A DNA stretch of 53,709 bases, filler included, from Sluysia triapertura (GCA_046118255.1; 4 parts of 4 records of this genome joined end to end with filler, not necessarily neighbours in it); one strand, 5' to 3'; shown: positions 13,657 to 25,673, counted from the first letter of the whole stretch. The notes: generated by a model not told the origin, from the sequence alone. Made by a program: numbers and translations.

Positions 13657-15541
13657 ACTTAAAATAAAACTTACAAAATGTGCATGGGCAGAAGAAAAAG
13701 TATCTTCTTAGGACACATAATATCTAAATATGGTATCAAACCAAACCCAAGAAATATTGAAAAAGTAATCAAGTTTCCTCAACCTGATAATGTTAAAAAG
13801 GTTCAGAGTTTTCTAGGTCTGGATAATTATTATAGGAGGTTTGTTAAAAATTTTGCAAAACTCGCTCAATCCCTCAGAATCTAACAAAGAAGGACACAGA
13901 ATTTAAATGGACCGAAGAACAGAAAAAGGCATTTAAAGAACTAAAGGAACATCTAACTACAGTACCAATATTAATATTTCCGGTATTTTATAAGCCTTTC
14001 CTACTAACTACAGATGCTAGTAATTATGCTATTGGCACAATTTTAGGTCAGAAAGACAAGAATAATCTTGAAGCAGTCATAGCACACGCCAATCGAAGAC
14101 TTAACAAAGCAGAAACGAATTATTCGACTGTAGAGAGAGAATGTTTAGCAATTGTATGCGCATGTAAATTGTTTAGACATTATTTATTATGACAAAAAGT
14201 TTATTTGTACACTGACCACAAACCCTTGACATATTTATATAATGACAGAGATGAAGTCAGTAGACTTAACAGATGGTTTAATAAACTGTCCGAATTTAAC
14301 TTGGAAATTGTTTATAAGCCAGGTAGCTTAAATAACGCAGCTGATTGTATGTCTAGATTGACGAATGTAGACAACAAGGGAAATATCAATTTCATACAAA
14401 TTATGTCGGTATCGGGGAAAATGCAAAACTCTGAAGAAATTATTAAACATCAGAGAGAAGATAAAGAGACTTCCGCTCTTCTAGATGCATTAGCTTAAGG
14501 AACTTTAAATGAATTACAAGCAAAAAGATTAGCTATCATGGATGGAATATTAAGATTTAAAAACATTTAAGATTTATACCTATTCTAATACAATTTCATG
14601 ACGGACAATTAGGAGGTCACTTATCAACAAGGAAAACATTATCCAGAATTAAAAGTAAATACTATTGGGAAAATATGGAATCCGATATCAGAAAATGGTG
14701 CAAAGGCTGTTCAATATGTTGTCGACGAAAGAATACTGGACAAAAGACCAAAACCTATGCCAGTACCACTATCATCAATGGAATTTACCGCTATGGACAT
14801 TATGGGTCCTCTTCCAGAAACCATTAATGGCAATAAGTATATAATTGTATTTGTGGATTATTTGACCAAATGGCCAGAGGCCTACTCGATGCCTAACCGA
14901 AAGGCTGAAACAGTAGCACAGATACTTGTAGAAAAGATAATAAATATAGATATGGAACTCCTAGAAAATTATTAACAGATCAAGGGACTAACTTTACTAG
15001 CGATGTAATCAAATCAGTAGCTAAAATCTTTAATATTCTACGAATTTACACGTCGCTTTACCATTCACAAACTGATGGACTGGTGGAACATTTTAACAGA
15101 CTCTCATCAATATGATCCAATCTTATATATAGCACCATGTCTTTACCAATTTATTTCACTCCGTTTTACCTAATGTATGCTGGTCGATTTGGAATGGGTT
15201 CCACCTACTTCACAGAAATTCCGGAATACGTGACAACAATGAGAGAACAATTACAAGACGCACGGAAACTGGCATGTCTTCAAATTAAATACTCTCAGGA
15301 AATATATAAGTACACATATGACAAAACAGCAAAAGAACATACATTTAAGATAGGTGACGAGGTGTTAATAGATTATCCAATAACTAAACCTAGTCAATCA
15401 CCTAAGTTACATAAACCTTTTAAAGGACCTTATCTAATAACAAAAGTTAACGATACAAATGCGTTTGATAAAGATCCTAATAAAACTAATTCTGAAACTT
15501 TTGCAGCACACGTCAATAGATTCAAGATGGCACCAATATAA
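13657..15541 (+). mobile_element. pol: Ty3/gypsy pol of element A (RT thumb, RNase H, integrase with GPY/F), frameshifted
   Basis: FLGHIISKYGIKP, VQSFLGL.NYYRRFV, TTDASNYAIG, YSTVERECLA, YTDHKPL, ADCMSR, HHCC motif (H...GGH...CKGC), MDIMGPLP, TDQG, KPFKGPY, HVNRFK. Confidence 0.95.
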
Positions 15542-15579
15542 TTTAAGAAATAGAAAAGTTTTTTAAATCAAAACTGAAA

Positions 15580-16242
15580 GTTCAGCCAAGGCACAAAGAT
15601 CGAGATAAACCACCTTCAATTCATGTACTACGAAATAAACAAGTGGTATTTATGATGCATTCCCATGGAAATGACCTGGCTCATATAATGCAAAACGTGC
15701 GATTTAACGGGCGATGTGTTAGAGCAATTGTAGATACCGGTGCTACTGTTTGAGTAGTTCATAAAAACTTTTTAACTACGTGGGAATCAGTGTTCTTAAA
15801 TAGACCAACTCTACTAACATATAATGTTAATCAAACACTCATAAATATTAATGGAACTTTATTATGTTATATAGAAGTATTAGGGCAATATGTACAAGTT
15901 TTAGTAAATGTTTGAGATAATAGCCCATACGGAATAATATTAGGCACGGACGTTATCAATAAATTAGAAGATCTGGTCATTCACAGTAAATATGGCTTTA
16001 TAAAAGTACCACCATGTTCAAATATGATTATACCGCAATTATTAGTTCCACAAGTTGGTGATGTATTAATCTTATATCAAATGCCAATTTCGAATCCACC
16101 ATTACAAGTTCCAGACTTACTATTACCCGATATTGTTGAATCTACACTTCATTTATCTAATATATCATGGGGATCACCATCGACAATTACATCGGAGGAA
16201 AATTCGGATCAGGAATCGGATCAGATGTTCAAGAAACAGTAA
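15580..16242 (+). pseudogene. Second retropepsin-like aspartic protease downstream of integrase (element A)
   Basis: RAIVDTGATV at 15721-15750 and YGIILGTDVINKL near 15930-15965, with in-frame stops. Confidence 0.85.
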
Positions 16243-18470
16243 TGATAATGACTAGTATAAGAAAAAGAAATTGTTTTAACAAAAATTGTTTTAGTAAAAT
16301 ATCTTGTTGGTTTTATATCTTAACTGTAATTTTTCTATCACTTATAATTAATGCTATAGCAATAGAAACAGATGAAGAATACAAAAATATGAATATCGCT
16401 ACAAATCACGGTAGAGAATACAAAATAATGATTAGCGATATATACAATCAATACTGGAAATTTGAATTTATTTCCAAGAAAATGATTTTACGACACAAAT
16501 TTGAAATTTATTGTATCTATTTAAAACCCTTACTAGTAGGAAGACCACATCATTTAAACGGTATCCCACATTGTCCGCATTATGGTTACAGACCTGTGTT
16601 AATAACTTTTCTCTAGACACCCCAAGAAATACACGAGATATCTCGAAATTTATCAAACAAATAGATCAATTAAGAAATGGAGAAACAACAAGAATACAGA
16701 CAACCTTATCCGATTATGGTGCAATTAAGAGACAGATAAATAATTTAAACAATTCAACTGCAAAAGGTACAACGAACATTCTTATAAATTCTTGATAATG
16801 TTACTAATTTTCACAGTACTATACATATTTTGGATTATACTCTATTTGTTTAAAATTGGTAAAAAGATCTTATAACTTTAATTTTGATTATGATAGTTAC
16901 AGTAGTCCAATGCGACGAACAATCCTTTAAAACGGAATACTTTGAATTCTATAATAGAAATAATGAAGTAAAGGTTAAAATATTGAACCAAAACATTCAT
17001 GCCAAATGTGCCTGTTTAAAACCCGCCAAACTTAATTTTAGTTCATGGATCAAATACGAAAATTATATTAATAGTGAATTGAGATAACCAGTCACGGTTT
17101 GCTCAGATATTTTGCCTATCGAAGGTAGACATTATAGTGAAAATCCATCATTCATCAAAACATTCGCATTTTGCATTTAAAGGAACAAGAAAACATTTAA
17201 CAATATTAGAAATATTACGGAATATTGTTTGTAATTGCTTTAGCTATAGTAGTATTGACTATTATTATGTTTGTTTCAAACAAATGTCGATACCCATGCC
17301 TACCACATAACAATAATAATGATGCATACACAGTTCCACATCGAAACAATTATGCTCTTCCACCAGGTATGCCGATACTTCCACCTCCAATTTATGAATA
17401 CGCCACAAATAATCAGATACCACTTATATATGGGTTCTGGCAAATGACTCAAGTAAAGTCTACAATTCTGATATGTATTTACTTATCTTACAAATCAAGT
17501 ACAAATTATTTATCAGGAAACATCGCACCTAAGATAATTCTAGTATCAACTCAAAAGGATATTTACGCTAAAATATTAACAGATAAGGTTAAATTATTTG
17601 CTGTTCAAATAAAATGTTTTTTAAAGGATTTCTACTGGTTTATATCGTATATTGACCTTGTTGAATATCAACTATTCAACGTAAGGTTAGCTATAAAAAT
17701 GGAATATGAATTTCAAAGTGATTCAAAGATTATTTTACTAAGCTACTACAAAATAATAACTAAACCGTTTGTGTTTCAACAATCACCGACATACAACACT
17801 AAGACTAAACCATCTGTCTCTAAGAAATCATCAACGTTAATTGAATTTCGAATGATCATCTATCGATATCTTGGAAATGTTGTACGTATTCATAACCCGT
17901 CATACAATAATACGTTATTGATCGCCTACGAATTGAGTGATGATTTACGTTATGGAATAATATTACCTAATGATACTATTCGTTTGTATCATCTTCCGAA
18001 TAATAGACTTTTGTTCATTAAATTTGGATATTAAGAAAAGCAGAATTATATGATTCCAAAGGATTTTGGCCAACAATCAGATACTATGACGTGCAGGTAC
18101 CAATTATAGATAAGTACGAAAATGATTTAGATACGAAATCAGAAAAAACGTTCAAAAGTGATAACAACGTTATGAAAATACCTTATGATGGGAATAGGAG
18201 TATAAACTCGAGTAATACCAATCGGAACAGGAGCATAAGTGCGAATACTACAGTATAAGTATGAATATAATTAAGGAGACTACTAGTTGTTCAATTATAA
18301 AAGAATCCAACAATAACTTTATCACAACTATAAACTATATTTTAATAATAACTTCTTTGTTAACATTAATAATTAACTTTATTATCCCAAAGTTTTACTT
18401 GTTTATTAGGCAGAGGGCCCATTTTTTTCATATAAGTTTTAATACATATTGCATAATTGACCACATGTAA
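16240..18470 (+). pseudogene. Accessory membrane polyprotein of element A (signal/TM segments alternating with about 3 ectodomains)
   Basis: Colinear homology with 35096-37216, e.g. IYCIYLKPL/IYCIYWKPL, YFEFYN/YFDFYN, PAKLNFSSW/PARLNFSLW, YTVP/YSVP, ITKPF/IKTKPY, GFGQQ/GFGQQ. Confidence 0.8.
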
Positions 18471-18600
18471 TGGCACTCCCATTCATTTTGGGTCATGTGT
18501 AATATAAAATCATAAGAATTAATATTAATTTTGTATATATGATAAGGATAGTGCATATGACTGTATGTAATGGTTCACCATTCATCTTGAGTCATGTACG
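18451..18600 (+). other. Two tandem related stem-loops
   Basis: tgacc..atgtaatgg..ccattcat..ggtca and atgac..atgtaatgg ttca ccattcat..gtcat. Confidence 0.6.
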
Positions 18601-18711
18601 AACTAAAATAGCACTTAACTTTTATAGGATTTTTAACTTCTAATATTTTTAAAACTTTCAATATTACTTATGTATTATATTATTATTATATTTTTTAGCT
18701 AGATAACATCA

Positions 18712-18918
18712 ATGTCATTCTGTACGTGTGCCATTTGCTTACACTGTCTTAGGAATTACTTCGCCAAAACCTCCCCTTGTCTCCACCGTTTTCACTTTTT
18801 CTGTCTATACGATCTTTTTGAATCCTCCCCTTCACCTTTACCTAACTGTCCCTTATACCGGACCACCATTATAAACGCTCCTTCCGTCGTTCCTATGAAT
18901 TCACGGTTAAGTACATAA
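18712..18918 (+). CDS. Small RING-H2 finger protein (element A accessory; last Cys changed to Tyr)
   Basis: CAIC...PCLHRFHFFC...NCPLYR, preceded by an acceptor-like ttttttag. A homologous RING lies at 34647-34848. Confidence 0.75.
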   Translation: MSFCTCAICLHCLRNYFAKTSPCLHRFHFFCLYDLFESSPSPLPNCPLYRTTIINAPSVVPMNSRLST

Positions 18919-19029
18919 CAGACAATTCGGAAAAACCCGGTATTGATATATATCAGCCGGCGTTTGGGAATGTATTTATTTTGATAGCCTGTCGCCAATT
19001 TGGTAAGGTTGTTACATGGCCTTGTTTCG

Positions 19030-20019
19030 AGATTAGAGAAATAGGTTTTACGAAAAATTATTCGAATTATGTTAATGCTTACATATTTATTTAATGTAGG
19101 TTTAATATTAAATATTACATGACAACGTTGTCTTAAGGCGAAACTAATATTGGAAACTTTATTGTTCAGCAATTGCAAATACATTATTTTTTTATTCGTG
19201 TTTACTTTCTTTAACAGATACATATTTCTTTTAAAAGTTAGATTATTAGTATTTATATAAACAATAAAAATTTTATAATGAACCAAACAGGAATTGTTTA
19301 TTATCATGAAATCAAATAGGCAGTATAAAAACTTTAAATTGTTATCGAATCTCGAGTTCAGAATTACTTGTTTTACTGCTGATTTTATTGCTGCACCTCG
19401 TCGTATTTCATAAATCTGAGTACTGGACGCATAATCTAAAAAGGATAATATACTAAAATAATGAATTAAATAAAAAAAATTAGAAATTACTAAAGATATG
19501 ATTTCAATATGGCCGTTATTGTTAGCATTTTGGAAAATCCTAGAATCGCTAGACCCTCTTGTCTTCACCAGATGAATGTATATGTGATAACTCAATTTGG
19601 AGATATAAATCAAATTGATATTGAGTCTTCGATCCGAAATTAGTTACTTTGGATGTAACATCATAAAAATTCGCAATAATAGATCTAATTGAAATCGACA
19701 TAGAATTTGATTTGTTACATTCAGGGACAACATGATCATGGCTAACTTCGATTGATTTCCAGTAGTGTTGGATTAAAGGATACTGAGTCACAATATCATA
19801 ATTTTCATTGAGAAAAATCATTATGAATGACTTTAAAATAGCCTTGTAATTAGTAACTTCATTTGAGAAATAAACCATAATAGAATTAAACATCACATCA
19901 CTTTCATCAGTTAGTTTTGCCAAGTCAAACACATTGTAAGCGTTTTCCGAATTCGCAGAAAAATGGCCATAACTAAATCGATGAACTACTTTTATGGGCA
20001 TCTTTAAAGCATGGTTCAT
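19030..20019 (-). pseudogene. Unassigned ORFs downstream of the PIP4K fragment
   Basis: Overlapping ORFs 19549-20019 and 18792-19613 with no recognisable motif. Confidence 0.3.
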
Positions 20020-20138
20020 CTAATAACCTTTTAACATATCTTCGGATTCTTGATGTATTGTCTTTAATTGAAATGCGATTATTATATAATTTTTGTAATA
20101 CTACTGTTGAATCTTATGAAACATTTTAACATTATATA

Positions 20139-20746
20139 GCTTAAGTTGATACTTTATGCAAATAGGAAGGTGGACTAAACGCATTTTTTGTGACTAACAT
20201 TTAGTAAATTTGATCAGATACTATTAAACGATACATAGCTAAACGATACATAACTAAAGGGTTTCTCCATACGAATCAACAATATATGCATGATAAGCTT
20301 CTAATAAATAATGTACTTGTTCAACATCTTTGCTAGTTATAATCTCAAAAACAAATTGATGATCATATGTTAAAAGATATTTCTTATTCGGACTCCATTC
20401 TGACTGCTTTTTAGTAAAGGTATTAAAATAATCCGAATCTTTAATATTAAATCTTTCTTTTAAATTTTTAAGCATCAAAGTACAATATTCTTTGAATTTA
20501 TATCTACTAGGCATATTTTCTTTGCTAAACACTTGGTTATGAACTTTTACTTTCATGTAAGATTTAAAATCATAGTTTAGTAAAACAGCTCTTGATTTTA
20601 CATGAATCATTTGTGTTAATGAATAATTAACTTCCCACATAAGAACACATTTGAGAGGCTCTTTTGAACGAAATAACTTTAATTTTTGACGGCCTCCTTT
20701 TACTTTTTGTCTTGATTGAGTTGCCGTTATTAAAGCATCACTATAC
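20139..20746 (-). pseudogene. PIP4K2: Intronless, truncated PI5P 4-kinase type II (PIP4K2) retrocopy
   Basis: QKLKLFRSKEPLKCVLMWEVNYS...DFKSYMKVKVHNQVFSKENMPSRYKFKEYC...YHAYIVDSYGETL, then MYRL...VTKNAFS...KYQLK in shifted frames. Confidence 0.9.
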
Positions 20747-20829
20747 TGGAAATTTTAGATTAATAGTAAGTGATTTTTAAAAGGTTTTAATACTATTATT
20801 GTTGTTTAATGATTAGTGTAATCAAATTT

Positions 20830-21750
20830 GATTTATTAACTTTTCTATTTTTAGACCGTCTTTCCTAGTTGGTCATCCAATCAGGCCTTATCTAGTGTAT
20901 CATTAAATGAAATTCAATCTGACTGGATGACAGGCAGAGAACAAAATCAATTAGTAAAAATAACAATTACAAATGGTTGGCCATCATCAGTGTTGACACG
21001 ATAATGAAGATTGTGATGAGCAATGTCAACACTGGTGATGGTAGTAACAAATTGAATTGGTTAATAAAATTTTGATTATTAAATACTTTCGTAATTTAAT
21101 AATAATAATAACAATATTGTTATTATTATTATTAACAAAAAGGAAAAAAGTAAAAAGATGTATAATTTTCTTTTATCGAACTCACACGATCTTTCTTTAT
21201 TTTAATCTTGACTTTCTTAACATATAAAAGATAAAAAATTAAACAAAAATTGATAAAATAGAATGAAATAGCGACGATAACAGGATGCACTATGCTCGAG
21301 CTATCGTTATTTCGTTGTATAAAATTGAATTCCTTAAAAATGTACACGATCTTCTTTAATTCTTACAGATTTTTAACATGTAGTAAATTTAAAGTGTATT
21401 TGGGACTAAATTTCTGAGTAATAATTGTTTATTGAAAGAATTAATAAGTATAATTAACCTTTGAAGATATAATAATTGAATTGAATCGTGAGATGAAACA
21501 GAGAATGTTAGAATGAATTCTTAGATATTGATTGAAGTTTATAATAGAAAACAAGATTTAAATATTTGGAAGATCGTGGATAAAAGGCCTATTGAGAAGA
21601 TTGTAATTTAAAAAATCTAAAAGGGCAATTACAATACAACTGTTGGTATATTTTGTGTGATTTGTTTGTTTGATGTTTTTGGTGTTGTTGAAGATTATGC
21701 ATAGATGAATAGTGAATTTAAGATGTAATTGATTCGAAGATGTGTGTTGA
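20830..21750 (-). repeat. Leader/LTR-like repeat, copy 1 (homologous to 30338-31250)
   Basis: About 900 bp of colinear similarity, including ttcgaatcaa, aattcactattcat, ctcgagcatagt and two hairpins. Confidence 0.85.
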
Positions 21751-21969
21751 TGGCGAAAAATTGTTTAATTTAAATAACTTATTATTTTTTTAAAAGTGTT
21801 TAACAATAAAATTACAAATGTTAATCAAAAACAAACTATTTAATTTTAATTTTGAAATTACAAAAGAAATAGGCTTAAGGCCTGTAACAATTAACAAATT
21901 TAAAATGATAAGAAAATATGGTGTTGTATTAAAATTGAAATATAACAAATAAAGAAACTATAAATAAAG

Positions 21970-22757
21970 TTATTGATAATCGTAGCGGTGCTGCAATTGA
22001 CATTCCGGTTTTTTTATAAGAACAATTTTCTTAATAAGTTTTTCAGATAAAATGTTCTTATTTACCAAACTATTTATATAAACTAGTTTTGTACATTTTA
22101 TCAAATATCCTCTTATTACACATTCATATCGCTGAATAAATATTAAATCGCCTTCTCTTACTGCTTGAAAAATATCGAAAGAGTTATCAACAATTAATTT
22201 TTCAACAAATACTAGAGGCATATCTAATTTTTTTTGTAATATCGTCTATATGTACACACCACTTTTCTTTAAGTACATCGTTCAATTGTAATGATATCAA
22301 TCTGAGATATGAAGAGTCAATCAAAATATTATTTATTAATCGTAAATTATTGTCATGAAATAACATATTACTAACATATGATTCAATAGTCTTTAAATCA
22401 ACTTCTAAAGTATTAGATAACACAAGTAACGAAACTTTATGGAAAATATTATTTATTAACATATTACTAACGAAATAACATATTATAACGAAATAACATA
22501 TTACTAACACATGTTTCAATAGTCTTTAAATCAACTTCTAAATTATTAGATAACGCGAGTAATGAAACTTTATGGTTTTGGAGTTCTAATTCTTCATAAA
22601 TTTCATTTGATATTTAGAACAACTTTAACTTGTTACTAGATATCAAAAAATTCATTCTATCAATGCAATTCCTTTCGCTTGATTTATCAATTGATGAAAC
22701 TTCATGCGCTATCTTAAAATCAGAGGCTAATATCTTAATTTCATGCCAAGTTGTCAT
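21970..22757 (-). pseudogene. UFL1: Intronless N-terminal retrocopy of E3 UFM1-protein ligase 1, with an internal duplication and frameshifts
   Basis: MTTWHEIKILASDFKIAHEVSSIDKSSERNCID resembles the UFL1 N-terminus (W.EI..LA.DF..A......SERNCI). Also LIDSSYL...LNDVLKE and IRGYL...INSL. 22380-22443 is duplicated at 22510-22575. Confidence 0.85.
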
Positions 22758-22900
22758 TTAACAAATAACCAAAAGCAACGTTTAAAATTTTTAATCAATA
22801 TCATAATAATTATCTGAGCAATAAATTATTAAACAGTTTTATACTAATTACAGTATTAAGTAAATAATTATCTGTAAATAATTACTGCTTATCGACTAGT

Positions 22901-23800
22901 TTAGTTGTTACCATTTTCTCGTGTCTCTGGTTCCAAACTATGACGTCCATTGGTTGTAAGTGGCTGCTGAGATGCATCAGAACTGTACATACCACAACTC
23001 ACTGAATCAGTACGTGACAGATTATCTACTGATATTATCGTTCCTTGGTTAGTACTAGGCATATTAAGACCTGATGATTTGACCAATGAAAATGCAGCTT
23101 CAAACTCATAAACTTTACTAAGTGCATTTTGTTTCAATATTCGTTCTTCTTTCAGCTGCTTTTTAATGAGTTTACTTCCCTAGTGGATTTGTTGGTAACG
23201 GTTTTGTGTTTTAATATTGTCTGAAAAAACTTTAGTCATATTGACAATTTTGCTGTTCTTTTCTGTAATTTCTGACACTAATTGATCAATATGTATTTGT
23301 TTCACCAATGCTAATTGCTGTTCTGTTGCTGCTTTTCTTTCAGAAGCATGTTTCTTTTCATTTTCTCTTTCATTTCTTTGTCTAAAGTTTTCCGCAAATC
23401 ATTCAATTCTTTTTCAGTGCCAGTTAAATAGTGTTTCATACGTTGTAATTCTTCGACCAATAACTGTACTTTTTGATCTGATTTCATTTGTATAAACGTT
23501 ACGTTTTTTTATGTTGATCACGTTCAGAACAAATATCGGCTAATGCTTTTTGAAAATTAATTACATTTTAAGTATGTCTGATGCCAATTAAAGATCGATT
23601 TCATAGGACTCATCCTTTGACGAATGTGAATATTTTCTTGTTGAAGTGATGCCAAATTTTTCGATAACTTCAAATTACGTTTTGCTTTGTGTGTATTTGG
23701 ATTGGTTTTGGTATTTTCATGTTTATTAGGTGATTTCAAAACACAATCTTTATCATATTCTGCACAAAATTTATCGTTACACAGTGATGGATCGAGATCA
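22901..23800 (-). pseudogene. Decayed intronless coiled-coil protein fragment
   Basis: Frameshifted coiled-coil reading: LASLQQENIHIRQR, KKHASERKAATEQQLALVKQ, KQLKEERILKQNALSKVYEFEA. Confidence 0.5.
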
Positions 23801-25113
23801 AATATATTGTATAGTATAAAAAAAATTGAAGAAAAAAAATAGAAAAGCAGATTGATAATAAGGATAAAAGAAATAATAATAATAATGATAACAATAACGT
23901 GATTATTATGTTTATTAATACTGAAATGTTGATGTTGAAATTTATTGTGAAAATTATTATAAAAGTTATCATAAAAGTTATTATTTGATAATCATATTAT
24001 ATACAATAATGACTATAATTATTATATATATTTTAATACGATCAGAATTGTAATAATAATAGCAGTAGTACGTGATAATTAGGTGCGATGATTATGTTTG
24101 TTTTTTAAATGAGTTTAGTAGTTTGTTTAATAATCTGTGTACATGTGAAGTGTTTTTATGTGATATAGAATTATATTATGAATAATTACACAGTTTGTAT
24201 GCTACATTACTTTTGAATTAACCTAATGTTTTAAACAAGCATAACAATACTGGTAGTGAAAGAAAAGTTGAATTTCATGAAATAAAATCAATGTGCTTAC
24301 AAGACAAATCATTAATCTAGTAAAGACATATTCAACTAGATTAATGATTTGTCTTTACTGTCAGCATGCAAAATGAACAAATAGTATAATTTTTCTTAAG
24401 TTTTGACTTATTTTATGTTTAATCCCGCATATCAACAACAATTAATTGATTTTATGACAGAAAGCGTTCAAAATTTGCGTTTATAATTAGCCTTCATCAT
24501 GTAACTAAATGAAAATTATTACGGGTATTTAGTAAACAATATTAAAAACTATCTTTTAAGTTATTGTTTTACAAAAAGTACTAATTTCGTACTGTGCGCA
24601 ACAGTGAAAGCAATTTTATCTACTATTTCGCGCCTACGGTTACATATGTCCCATTAGATTTTCAAATATAATTTTTTTTCCTCTGTGAATGAATTTTATA
24701 TATCGATTAGGATTCATTCGTCCCATAACATTTCCTTCAATAACAATGATAATGATAATAATAATAATAGCAAAATCTAAATTTAGATTCTAAAGAAATA
24801 TCTTCGAAAAAAATTTATTTCAGACGCATCTTTTTAAAAATAGATGAAAATAATTTATTATAAAATATGCAAAGATTCATTTCGGTTTATTTCAATACAC
24901 TATTAAAATCATTAAAAATTTGTATAATTCAAAAATTTAGTAATTTTAAAATTATTTTAATTAATTTGAAAGATAGTCGACTATAAATAGAATAATTAAA
25001 ATTTAGTGCAACCATTATTTCATATTTATCATAAATTTATCATAAATAAATTCCATAAAATTATTTAAAAACTAAATAACAGACAATGCTACAAGATTAT
25101 TAATAAAAAATAC

Positions 25114-25350
25114 TTTAGATATAAGTTCGAGGTCTTTCTTGTTTGCATGGATCACTTCTTCTTTATTAACAGATCCAATTTCAAAACCATCACATTTAAT
25201 ATCGACAATATTTAAAGGGTTTATTCCAATATCTAGTGACTGAGCACCGGTTGATCCTTCTTTGACATCAAAAAAGAATAATTTAAATTCACTAAGGGCC
25301 AAATACTGCTTCTTCCAACCTTTTCTTATTCCGCCTTGCTTATGAGGAAC
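25114..25350 (-). CDS. CDC42BP: Exon of an MRCK/CDC42BP (genghis khan)-like kinase, PH domain
   Basis: AG/GT-bounded 237-nt exon encoding VPHKQGGIRKGWKKQYLALSEFKLFFFD...SVNKEEVIHANKKDL. Confidence 0.8.
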
Positions 25351-25673
25351 CTGAAACATGGAAAGTAAAAAAAGTCATGTATTTTTTCCAAATTTATCAG
25401 TTTATTTATGAATTTATGAAGTTTAGTACCAAATTCGTTTGAAAAGCTTACGAAAGAAAAATTAATTATAATGGATTGAAATGAAATTTTGACGTCATTT
25501 TAGTTTTCGTATTTGTTCTACATTATGCATTTAAATTGGTACTTCATAGATTTTAAGCAGAAGACTAACATACAATACAATAATATTCAGAAAAAGTCAA
25601 TAATGATTTTTACGTTAGTTTCAATGTGAACTATATATTAAATAATAAAAATTTATTTTGATAGATAAAATAC

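Noticed and set aside
18551-18600. SECIS element
   Set aside because: ATGA pairs canonically with TCAT rather than forming a GA quartet, and there is no credible selenoprotein upstream.
23736-23972. Hydrophobic ORFs here and at 35190, 36714 and 37753 as membrane proteins
   Set aside because: They derive from (ATT)n-like low complexity or are antisense to real ORFs.
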